Below are positions 34,201-45,195 of a stretch of 46,350 bases of DNA, in pieces; the first letter of the stretch is position 1; each line of letters opens with the position of its first letter. The stretch is from positions 1 through 46,350 of the forward strand of contig CAJFCJ010000109.1 of assembly GCA_904063045.1 (NCBI GenBank). The letters run 5' to 3'. Under the pieces are notes generated by a model, which made no database searches, was not told the origin of the DNA, and was given only the letters and a program-made list of their open reading frames with translations. The position numbers and the translations under genes were made by a program. Origin of the DNA: Dimorphilus gyrociliatus. Lineage: Eukaryota; Animalia; Annelida.

Positions 34201-34825
34201 TGTGTACACAGAGTAACACATTGAGTATTGTAAAGACTTTCATTTTGTAGGAAAGGGAATAAATGATGGAACCAAAATTGAATTGACAAAGAACACTGAA
34301 AAGATGATTGTTTAAAGTGTTACACATCACAAGACATTGTTTGTCACGTGGCTCTTAACGCTTCAACTTTTACTGTAAAATTGACTTACACAACAGAGAT
34401 GTCTTTAATTTTTATACGTTAGCATATGTTTATAGTAAAGAATGTTAACTGGTGTAGAAAGTTTATACTCTTGCATTCTATATTGGAACTCTGGAAAAAC
34501 CTCTCTTTACTAATAACTATTGTCTACCTCTTCTTTATCTTTAAAATACAAAACAAACTGGAATTCGTATTCTTTCAACCATTAGATCTCTGAGCACAAA
34601 GATGCTTTTCTAAGATGGTTGTTGAAAACCTGTATTAAAACAGCCAAATGTCTTTGACAAGTCTTTTTGATATAAATACTCAAGTAAATTTAGATTGAGT
34701 AAATGTCTAAAATCAGGATAGAGAAGAAGGAATTCCAACTAGAACTAGAGAATGCAAAATCCTCCTCCAATAATAATGTACAACTTTTGTTCTATTTTAT
34801 TGTTATACTATTAGCTATAACTTAC
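34080..34825. repeat. 48-bp direct repeat pair (34080-34127 and 34778-34825), each beginning with a minus-strand GTAAGT splice donor
   Basis: gtacaactttcgttctattttattgttatactattatctataacttac vs gtacaacttttgttctattttattgttatactattagctataacttac (2 mismatches). Confidence 0.9.
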
Positions 34826-34972
34826 ATATAACCCACTTGAGGGAATACAATAACATATGGCCTAATACAGACCTTGGTTTATCATACTTAAGATTCATCC
34901 TTAAGTGCCATTTAAGCTTTGGCCAAGTTACAATTGAATTAGTTTAGCCAAGGCGTGGTCAAGTGTTAATTG

Positions 34973-35115
34973 AATTAGCCTTCCTAAATGTTGAACCTTG
35001 TAACATCCTCTTACTAAACATAAATGTAAACTAGACAGTTTGACAGTCATGAAGTGGTGATTGGACATAAGAGAATAGTCTTCAAGTATATAACTCCTCA
35101 CTGCTTCACTCCAAT
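34973..35115. repeat. Dispersed repeat, copy 2 (paired with 14654-14798)
   Basis: See copy 1. The minus ORF 34928-35191 contains SLMSNHHFMTVKL. Confidence 0.75.
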
Positions 35116-35689
35116 TGGCTAACCTCAACCTGGGAGGATGAACTGGAACCAACACCCACTGGGATCTTTCTACTTCCTCAACATTGAACACTAGTTTGAT
35201 AACTTGGCAACCTACTGTTACTCACTACTTACTCTGCTATTGAACTTTCATATTGTTACTTGCTTAAGTATTATTTTCAATAAACCACTTGAATTGAAAC
35301 ACTTTGTTTAAAGGTTCAAGTAGAACCAGTAATGTTATAAGTTGCAAACGCATAAATTGGCAAGACCAAAGCAGAACACCATTTTTCAACCCGAAGTCTA
35401 ACATAAAAAAATCAGGTTTATGAACGTTTTCCATGTAAACCTTGGATAGCTATTGGCTGATGAACTATTAGTTCAAACATCCATAGCATTATCACTTTAT
35501 TCTAAAATGTTTCTTTATTATCATTTTCTTAGAGTTATATATGATTTTCTTCAGTATTAATACATCTTTCTTTACTTTTCAACAATCTTTTTATTGTTTT
35601 TGCTTGAATTGTTATCATTTAATAATATAATATATGTACAATATTCAATATGAATTATGTTCATCTTCAATTAACTAATCAATGGATCA

Positions 35690-35930
35690 TATACATTTTG
35701 TACACTTTTTGTTTCATATAAAACCACAAATTTTCTATAGGGTTTAGATCTGGTGAGTATGGAGGCCAATCAAGGACTTGAATCTCGTTAACTGGAGGGA
35801 TATCTATAGTTACATTGGCAGTGTGTGGTGGCGCATTATCCTGCTGTCAGATAAAGTTCTTGTCAGTTTTCTCCTCAACATAGCAAATATTATTCCCTGG
35901 ATAAACTCAGAGTAGACTACTTGTTGGAGA
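35690..35930 (-). mobile_element. Tc1-like (DD34E) transposase catalytic relic
   Basis: QQDNAPPHTA (~35818-35848) ... LDWPPYSPDLNPIENLWFYMK (~35714-35775). Confidence 0.85.
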
Positions 35931-35957
35931 CAAATAGATTGTTTGAATCACTGCATT

Positions 35958-36553
35958 TTAAGGGTCTGTTTGAGGATTGCTTTTCTTAGTAGGACGGACT
36001 CTACGATTACTTTTGTGACGGTGATAGTAATGAAGAAAGTAGCAGAATAACACCCCAATTACCAAAAATATGGCGATTGGCCCAATAATAATAAGAATTT
36101 CTCTAATAGGTTTATTGGAATGATTTGTCAGATATTGAATAAAGTTTAATTTAAATCCTTTATATCCAGAATTCCATCCATCAGACTTAAATTCAATAAA
36201 AATCTGACTGCTATTAGATTTTATTCCTATAGTATTTTTCAACTGTCCGCAAAATTTCCATATTAAATGCTTTCCATCATTTTCATAATAATCATAGATA
36301 GCTCCAAAGTCTCTTGAACATTTCGCTGACAATTCAATATATCCTTCTAGGCTTTTAACTTGAATTTGAGATTGACTATCTGTAGTTATTAGCCAACATT
36401 CGTGTTGATTATTTCCGTAACCCCCGGAAAAGTAATGCTCAGTTGTTATTTCTCTTTCGATTTCAGTAGCAGTAAGCGATTTCAAGATACAAGCTCCATA
36501 ATATTTTGATGCATTTTGAATGAATGCTAGTATAATAAAAATTCTTTTACCAT
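35958..36553 (-). CDS. Single CUB domain + TM + short basic tail membrane protein
   Basis: GACILK...YGNNQHECWLI...CSRDF...KFCG...IFIEFKSDG...GFKLNF (CUB), then TM ILIIIGPIAIFLVIGVLFCYFL. Adding one base to the homopolymer at 36537-36541 links the ATG at 36553 into a signal peptide MVKEFFIILAFIQNA. Confidence 0.75.
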
Positions 36554-36922
36554 AGTTTTAGATTTCAACATAAATCAGACTACTTACTCAAAAAAAACAG
36601 AGATTTCGAGACTTCCATTATTTAATACTGTAGCAAGTCTATAGCATTAAAGGATCAATAACCAGTCTAAATTGATTAAAGACTGTAAAAATTGATTTTT
36701 GTAAATAGGGCTAGAGTTGTTTACGTGATTGAACAGAAACTGTTTTGATTAGATTAAAAATAGAGGAATTGGAAATCTTTGAAGATCAACCAGACTTTTG
36801 TTTATAGTAATCTAAACAAATAATTTTACACTAAAATAGTGAACCTGTTGAAAAACATAGCATTTTTTCGAATCTAAGATAAATTCATAACAAATCAATA
36901 AAGATGGTTGATCTGGTTAATC

Positions 36923-37047
36923 GGGGTCGATGGAAAATGTCCACAAACAAGATGGATAGGAGAAAAAGGATAGCCATTGATTTGTACTGAGAGGGATACC
37001 ATCTCAGGGTTAGGGTTAGGGTAAAAGCATAGTTTTGTGTGCCTTTT
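36923..37047 (+). mobile_element. MITE (telomere-motif family), copy D
   Basis: ggggtcgatggaaaatgtccacaaac ... agggttagggttagggtaaaagcatagttttgtgtgcctttt. Confidence 0.75.
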
Positions 37048-37648
37048 GAAAATTAGGCACAGTGCTGTTTCAAATGTCAGCTGAAAATTCTTTTCTCTTC
37101 TTGTTGTATTGAACTTTTGAATAAGACATATAGTTAGTTTTTTAACGTTTCATGATTTTAGAATACTACTCGAATTGGTGCAAAATATTTGGTATTTAAA
37201 TACTTGAATAAAATAGATCACATTTCACAGAGAAAAGTGGCTATTTAATATATTTGATTAGTATCTAAACAAACACAAAATGTCAAGAATCCTGTGGAAA
37301 TAAAGTACTGATAGAACTAAACTAACAAAATTATATTTCTACACACATATTAATCAATTTTGAATAATTAATTAATCTCTATGCAAAAATGATGAATAAC
37401 TGATCAGGAGAATACCATAAGGCTTAGACATTTAGAAGAAAATTGAACGGTTGTCAATTCATTTTATTCCATTTCCCCGGTGCTAAAATTTGTTTAGACT
37501 TCAACTTGAGTAAAATCCGAAGCAGTTCAAGATCTTTATAAATAAACATTTGTTTGACAGTTTGAGTTTGTAAATACACAACTTAACAAAGCAGAAGCAG
37601 TACAATATTGATTGCCTTTGAAATCAATATAATATATATCTTTGTATT

Positions 37649-38919
37649 TCAGTTGTTAATTACTTCACAAATTTTCATAATTTCATTTTCATCTTGTAGA
37701 TTTATGTAAACTGCTTGACACAACTCAAAATGACAGTTACATTGATAAAAACAATTTGTACTATTGCCATTATTTAGATTACAGCTATAAAAATCTCCTT
37801 CAAATTTTGCACTTGTTTGATGTTCTAACGGTACATAGACAAAAATACTCTTCGATTTTAGATTTGTTGTTAAGTTACATTGTAAATTTTCACCAATAAT
37901 CTGTACATGAAGTATTTGATTTTGTTGATTGAATATAGGCCAAGGAAATCTAATTTTTAGATTTGTTTTCGTAATAGTTGTACAAGTTGATATTTGATTA
38001 TCGAACATGTTGTGTTGTGTTGAAANAAAATACTCTTTGATTTTAGACTTGTTGTTATTGAGTTGCATTGTAAATTTTCACCAATAATCTGTACATTAAG
38101 TTTTTGATTTTGTTGATTGGAAATTGGCCAAGGAAATCTAATTTTTAGATTTGATTTTGTAATAATTGTACAAGTTGATATTTGATTATCAAACATGTTA
38201 TGTTGTGTTGAAAACGTCTTCAATTTATTCTCCTCACTCTTAATCATATTGCCAACAATACACGTTGTATGATCATATTGAGTATTCAAAGCATTTAAAT
38301 CCAAATCCTAATTGAAGACAAAACTACAATTACCTTTAGTATGGATTTTATAGAAAAGAGAATTAAAACTTACCTGAATCTTTATACCAGTTGTGAGAAA
38401 AACCAATGCTTTGTTCTCAGATTGTGCCTGAGATATTGCTGCTTCTTTTTGCTGATAAGTGTATGTACTGATTACTGAAGTATCCAATCCACCTATAAAA
38501 CATGTTAATCTGTTGTCAGTCAGCCTATGAAATACTAAACGATTGTTTTTTGTTACAAAGTTTGAACAATCTAATTTTAGCCAACACCTCGAGTAGGGAA
38601 GGACAACTGCTGCAACACAAGTGTCGATTTTTAAACAAGAATCTGTACATTCATTTAATGAAGATATTGATTTAGAGTTTATATCCTTGTTTGGACAATC
38701 TTGAGTTAATTTCCTTTTCTTATAACCAAGAATTTCATTTGAGCTTAAAAAACATCCATATCCACCTTCATAGCACAATTCACCAGTAGAACATATTGCC
38801 TCTGTATTTTCTGCATCTGTGTTTATGAATTGTTTAATTAACATAAGGTAATTTGATATCATATAAGTTTTTGATAAAAACCTCCAACTCTTATGCGAAG
38901 ATCTTGTGCTATATCGCAT
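37649..38919 (-). CDS. PAN/apple-like + uncharacterised Cys-rich domain protein (paralogue B)
   Basis: CTDSCLKIDTCVAAVVLPYSRCWLKLDC. The second domain reads MFDNQISTC...LKIRFPW...QIIGENLQC...VYVP...FEGDFYSC...CFYQCNC...CQAVYI...ICEV. The internal duplication is joined at an N. Confidence 0.7.
37841..38213. repeat. ~185-bp tandem duplication with an N at the junction (38026)
   Basis: 37841-38025 and 38027-38213 are ~90% identical by eye. Confidence 0.9.
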
Positions 38920-39305
38920 TCATTACAATTACAAACCAGACAATATGAAAGAAAAAATAAACTTAGAGTATTTTTTACATAAAAGCAAAACATTGCTATC
39001 AATTGACAACAAATACACAGCAAAGAAGAGATTCAGTTTGATTTTATTCAAACTATTCATAATTTATTTTGTAAGCAGATCAAACCAGTTTCTCGTTATT
39101 ATTGATTTTGTCACTTATTCAAAATTAAAATCTGATTATAAATTAATTGTCACGTGTGATTCTGTTAAAACTTAAAAAAGAACTAATCAATTACATCGTC
39201 CTTGACAAAGAGAAATTCTTGATAGGCTTACTTAATTGTCCTATTTCTTCTTTTATCAAGTGTTATCAAACAAAAAAAACCTATATATGAGTAATAGATG
39301 TAACA

Positions 39306-39519
39306 GGGAGCAATAGAAAACCGCCCTAAGAGGACATTTAAAGGCAGCATTTTGGGTTGAGAAATGGTTAAGAGGAAAAAAGCATTTATTGATTTGTAGT
39401 TAGGAGAGTACCATTAAGGGTTAGGGGTAATGAAAAAGGTTAGGGATACATAAGGGATGGTGTAGGTGTTAGGGTAAAACCATGCTTTTAGGTATGTATA
39501 GATGGTTTCTATTTCTCTT
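39306..39519 (+). mobile_element. Telomere-motif MITE, related subfamily
   Basis: Ends gggagcaatagaaaacc / ggtttctatttctctt. Several ttaggg units and gttagggtaaaaccatgc internally. Confidence 0.55.
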
Positions 39520-39793
39520 ATTACTATTTTGTTTGGAGGGATTATGAACAATTTTTAATTTCTTAAGATTAGACAAACAAGTGAGAAAATATTCCATATT
39601 CATGCCCTATATAATATTGAATAGATAGGTTACCTGTCTATAGATGAGACTGAATACTACATTTAATGTCAACTGGTGGAACTGACTGTTTTTTGATATT
39701 TTTTACTTCAAGCAGACAGATATTTTTGACTATAATACAAGGAAAGATTTATTATGAAACTTTACATTATAATTACTTGCGTTTTATTGGCAA

Positions 39794-41209
39794 GTGTATG
39801 CCAGTAAAAAAATGGTGAAAGGATTTAAATTGATTTGTGATGGCCTAAAATCGGCTTCCAATACTCTAACAGTAATCAAGATAAAATCGTGTACTTTAAC
39901 TGAATTTGAAGGAAGATATTTAGGAGAAATATTACAGTATTCTTCCTCAATAAATAATGTTGATTTATCATGTAATAAATTTACGATAGATGGATTTAGA
40001 GCAATTTGCACAGGACTCAAATTATCCTCTGACACTTTGCAACAAATTAATTTTAATTATTGTAATTTAAATACAGAACAAGCGAAATATCTTGGAGAAA
40101 CATTTCAACATTGTACCCAATTGGAAAGTGTTCATTTATCATATAATAAAAATATGGGATATGGATTTAAAATCATTTGTGAAGGACTTCAAAACTCTGC
40201 ACAAAGTTTGATAAATATCAATGTAAAATCTTGCAATATAAATGCAGAACAAGGTAAATATTTTGGTGAATTATGCGGATTTTGTAAGTCATTGGAAAAC
40301 ATTTGTCTATCTATGAACGAGAGCATAGAAAATGGATTTATAGTAATTTGTGAAGGACTTAAATCTTTAAGAACTTTAAAAGAAGTTGATGTAAAGGGAT
40401 GCTATTTAGATGAAGAGCAAGGAAAATATCTAGGAGAAACATTAAATAATTTTTCTTCATTAGAATATATTTATCTTTCTGACAATGATAAAATGAGCAA
40501 TGGATTTCAAATGATTTGTAAAGGACTGAGATCGTCCTCAAATACTTTAAAAGGAATCGATGTAGCATTTTGCGGATTAGACTATGAGAAAGGAAAACAT
40601 TTGGGAGAACTGTTTGAAAATTGTTCTTTTTTAGAATACATTAACTTGTCCTACAATGAAAAATTGACTGATGGATTTAAATTTATATATATAGGACTCA
40701 AAAGCCTTATCAACAGTTTAAAAACATTGCGTATCAGCTACTGTCAGTTAAGTGATGAAGTGGCTAACCATTTGGGAAAGCTGCTTCAGTATTGTTCTTT
40801 GTTGCAAACTATTGACATATCAGGCAATAAGCGTATGGGAACAGGATTTAAAACCATTTGCGAAGGACTCAAACCACTTTCTAATGTTTTAAGAGAAATT
40901 GATGTAAGTTCTTGTGATTTTGATGTTGAACAGGCAAAATATCTTGGAGAAGCATTTCAACATTGCTCTTCCTTGCAGAGTGTTAATTTAACTTCTAATC
41001 AAAGAATGGGAAATGGATTTAAAATTATTTGCAAAGGACTTAAATCCTCTTTAAGAAGTTTAAAAGACTTTGTAGGCTACTGGTGCAATTTAAGTGAAGA
41101 GAGTTTACAGTGTCTAAGAGAAACATTTCCACATAGTTATTCATTAGAAACTACTATGCTATGTGTGAATAATGAACATGTGACATATGGCTTTAAAATA
41201 AAGTGTTGA
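39794..41209 (+). CDS. Ribonuclease-inhibitor-like (NLR-type) LRR array without NACHT domain
   Basis: Intronless 471-aa ORF with eight GFxxICxGLK...LxxIxxxxCxL...GxxLG...LxxIxLSxN double repeats of ~56-58 aa. The first in-frame ATG is at ~39812. Confidence 0.85.
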   Translation: MYASKKMVKGFKLICDGLKSASNTLTVIKIKSCTLTEFEGRYLGEILQYSSSINNVDLSCNKFTIDGFRAICTGLKLSSDTLQQINFNYCNLNTEQAKYLGETFQHCTQLESVHLSYNKNMGYGFKIICEGLQNSAQSLININVKSCNINAEQGKYFGELCGFCKSLENICLSMNESIENGFIVICEGLKSLRTLKEVDVKGCYLDEEQGKYLGETLNNFSSLEYIYLSDNDKMSNGFQMICKGLRSSSNTLKGIDVAFCGLDYEKGKHLGELFENCSFLEYINLSYNEKLTDGFKFIYIGLKSLINSLKTLRISYCQLSDEVANHLGKLLQYCSLLQTIDISGNKRMGTGFKTICEGLKPLSNVLREIDVSSCDFDVEQAKYLGEAFQHCSSLQSVNLTSNQRMGNGFKIICKGLKSSLRSLKDFVGYWCNLSEESLQCLRETFPHSYSLETTMLCVNNEHVTYGFKIKC

Positions 41210-41279
41210 TAGTCCAAGGTATATAATATCTTCTTTCTTCCATTTATTCTTATATTCTCTTCTTGATATCATACATTTG

Positions 41280-41655
41280 AAAATATAAGAGATTTTACAT
41301 CAATACAGAAAATTGTTCTAAGCTTTGGTGAAGACATTGGAATAGGATTTGAAAATCTTTTTTTAGGTATATCATCATCATGCCATTCTCTTCAACAAAT
41401 TTCTGTTTTTGAATGTCAATGGAATGAAGAACAATGCATTTGTTTAGGTAATCTATTAAGAGTATGTAATTCATAAAATTGAATTTCATAAACAGGGAGA
41501 TAACATTAAAACTGATTTCACAAAAAATCATTGAAGGATTAAAGTGTTCACTACATTCCTTACAGCTTATAGATTTGAGTCAATATTTATTAAATGAAAA
41601 TAATTATAAAGATTTGGAAACAACTTTCAAAAATTCTTTATTAGAATTGTAAATA
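41280..41655 (+). pseudogene. Decayed continuation of the LRR array beyond the stop
   Basis: GIGFENLFLGISSSCHSLQQISVFECQWNEEQCICLGNLL and IIEGLKCSLHSLQLIDLS, with stops. Confidence 0.65.
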
Positions 41656-42368
41656 AAATGAAATTTTTCTAAGGTTTTTAACAAAAATGGATTATATTTG
41701 GAGTCTTTACTTCTAAGCAAATTATTAGTAAACTAAATCAACAACTATCCTACAAAATAAAAGTCTTTCTAAGGCTTCTTCATATATAATTTTTAAATAT
41801 CAATATGTCACTGCTTCTAAGAAGAAATATCAGCTAAAATGAGCAGGAAGTACACTTTCAAGCAAAATATTTTCGCAGCAATACTGCAAGAAGAAGTGAA
41901 AGAACCTTTAGGATGAATGGCATCTATCATGCTGAATTTACAACCAAGTTTTATAATGGAATAGGGAACAAAATAAATTATACTAATTCATTCTGACACA
42001 TAACAAACTTGTATATGAATTTATTCTAAAAGGACAAAATGGAATAAACAATGATCAACGTTAACCTTTAATCTATAATTGGATTTTTAAAGTTCTTATT
42101 AATAAGAAGGTGAACTCATTTAGTCGTTTTTAGTAAAAGATGCTTTTAACAATACAAGTAATGTAGTATTCTCACAGTCTAAACACAGAGAGAGAGAGGG
42201 AATGATCATATATATTATAATTTTCTTAAAATTGTCACTATCCTTTGTTCTCTCTTTGCACTCTACAGGGTGTTTACAGTTTTTAATTATCAAGGTAGAA
42301 AGATGATTGATAGGTTAGCAACCCTGTTTTAATTTATAATTTATACTTTACCAATTATACTATACAGG

Positions 42369-43200
42369 TATCGATGATGCTATATTGTCTAATTTTACTC
42401 TTCATCACCCGATTTTAAATCCGGAAAGGTCAATTTTAATTGGAATTCCAGTATTTATGGCAATTTTATCAACATTATTTGCAATAATTTTCCTTCCAAA
42501 CATCAAACAAATACCGCCAACATCAAAGATCCTTCTTATAAATATGTCAATAGTTGATTGTATATTTAATATTGCTTTTCTACCAACATCATTTGTAACA
42601 TCAATTATTGGTAAATTTCAATATGGACATTTATATTGTGGAATTTTTGGTGTGATATTCACTTCAAATGCTATGAGATCTTTATGGATAATAGCTCTAA
42701 CAACAGTTGGCCGTTACATTGCAGTAACAAATCCAAGCAGATAAATTGATTTAAGTATGCTATTTTCAAAATTCAATTTGCTTTATTGATTTACTGAACT
42801 TGTTAATTGTCTCAGATATAAAAATATTACAACTTACAATCGAGCTAAATTGGCAGTTGGTTTTTTCTGGTTGTTCTTTACACCTATAGCTCTTTACCTC
42901 TTATTAAAAGTTTTGGATTGGAACAGTATACTTTCCTTGCAAGTGAACTGATCTGTTGTCAGCCAATAGATTTACACCTGCATACAATTATCAATGTTGC
43001 AACTGGACCAGTTTTTACATTAGGAATAATATTTAAAACTTTTTGTTTTTTTAAAAAAAAATATTTTGAATTGTTTTTGAAAAATCTTATATTTCAAATG
43101 TCAATTTCTATTTCAACAAATATGTATTATTTATATTGGAACTACAACATATTTATACTATGCAAATTCACAGAAACACAACGACATAATAATATAAATT
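42369..43200 (+). pseudogene. Class A (rhodopsin-like) GPCR, TM1-TM5, disrupted
   Basis: TM2 LINMSIVDCIF, TM3 YCGIFG...ALTTVGRYIAVTNP, and TM4 RYKNITTYNRAKLAVGFFW after the 42741-42815 intron, whose donor reads AT. Frameshift near 42910. TM6-7 not found. Confidence 0.7.
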
Positions 43201-43456
43201 TGTTAAAAAGGTCAAGGTTAAATAATAAAAAGATAATTTTAAGTTAAATATTTGAAAAGAAAATTTGACAAGATAACTGCTGATTAAAGTCAATAAATTT
43301 GTCTGTTAAAATATACAAGACAATCTTATTCAATGTAAAATCTCCAATCCTTTTAAAATTCAATGTCAAGTATGTTTTTATACTGATTTCATCAAGTAAA
43401 CAATTTAATCCATTTTCTTGATTTTGTGTAAAATTTTTCTAAAAATTTAATTCATT

Positions 43457-45195
43457 TTAATTTAATTGTTTTTTAATAAAAGTTAATGGATTAATTATCT
43501 TAATCATTATTTCATCATCAGATTCAAACTGTAGCTGAAGGAATGAACTATTTGATTTTATTGGTAGAGTAACATACAAGTACTCATTGAAATTGTTGTA
43601 GACAATTGAAATTCTATTGTAAGTGTTTTTAATCATAGTAATTTTCCTTCCTCCTGAAAAGAAGCTAAAACATGATGTATAATTTGAAAACACTAGAAAA
43701 AAAACAAACCTTTGTAATTAACTTTTACATAATTAACAACATTTGGTAAATTATTTTTAAATGTTATATGAGTGATATTAACAGGAAGTGGTAAAGTTGA
43801 TTCAATTATACCCAATAAAATTCTATTGTTCTCTTCAATCAATCCAAATTTCACTTGTGTGTTTGTAAATTCAAGCCAGAAAAATTTCCATTCTGAACAG
43901 TTTAATAGTTTTTGTGACTGACTAAATTTAAAGTTTTTCATTTTCGGTTTTAGTAATGTCAAAGAGGATAGCCCTATTGTATCGTGAGTTATTGAGCAGA
44001 TAATTTCATTATTATATTTAAAACTGACTACAAGAGAATTGCACAAGTTAAATAAACTACCTTTCACCTGATATTTAAACTCCTTTAGATTATTTATATG
44101 CTTATTGGACAGATAATAAATGACATCATTAGTTGTTGGAATGTTAAATATACTACTGCCAACATCAGTAATTGTATAAATATCAATCATAGAAATAAAA
44201 AATTTTCAATATTGTAAACTTGTAAAATTTTCATATGAAACCAAAATTCCTTGAATATACTTGAATATTTTTGGCAATTTCTTTGCTTTCCTTGTACTAA
44301 ATCAAATTCTTGGCTAGTTGCAAAACTCCATTTTACCAAAATTATTTTTATGGTTAAGGCCTTGTTAAATCTTTTCAAGTTATTTTTTTTTCAATTGAAA
44401 ATTACAAGAAAAGTTCTTTAAAACATGAAATATTTTTGATACACAATATTGAATCAGTTTAGCTGGATAGGCAAAAGTAATATTTATATCTTCTCCAATA
44501 CAACCATTAATACATTCTGGATTCCAAAAACTATGGAAATTTGGTTAAGAGCATTATCACAATTACCACTGGATGCAGAACATAATGCCCCTATATCACC
44601 TTTTGAAATTCTTGTATAAATTACATCATCATCTCCATCATCATCTAGAAAAAATATTTAAAAGTTTACATTGCTTCATAGAGAAAAAACAAAATTTTAT
44701 TTTTAAATGTTTACCTGTATAAGAAAATACCATAATTGAATAAAATCCTATGTGTCTCATACCACTGTGTCCTTCAAATGGTTGTAGATGAATGTACTCT
44801 CCTTGGCCATCTTCTAATAGATAACACATTTTGTAACTATCCAATTTATAAATAAAAGTTGGCCCTTTGCCAAAAAAGTGACATTTAATAGTTTAATTTT
44901 ATAAATTTCTACTATAATTCTTTATAGTAATATTGTATCTTTTGAAAAAATTGACTTTAATCCATTGATTAACACAATCAGAAGGTGAACAAAGAGATGC
45001 CCAACCACCCATAAGCAACAGCTTATGTACAAGAGCATTTTCACATTTATAAGTAAAATTACCAGTAGCATCATGATGTGATGATTCTTCACAAGTAGCT
45101 AAATTATGTCTATTGATAACATTGACTAGTTTTGCCAAAGCAGTTATATAGAATGATAAGAAAATAATAAAAGAAGTTATAAAGTAACTGTTCAT
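43457..45195 (-). CDS. Secreted multi-exon protein: 2x F5/8 type C-like (discoidin-like) modules + farnesoic acid O-methyltransferase (FAMeT)-like domain
   Basis: Signal MNSYFITSFIIFLSFYITALA. Then CEESSH...CENAL...WAS...QWIKVNF and CSASSGNCDNAL/FWNPEC..CIGEDINITF (one-base frameshift at 44540-44542). FAMeT-like motif LLNCSEWKFFWLEF....VKFG. Confidence 0.65.

Noticed and set aside
35448-35487. Second hammerhead (CTGATGA plus a possible stem I)
   Set aside because: GAAA is replaced by CAAA and there is no stem III. At best a dead relic, and possibly a chance hairpin.
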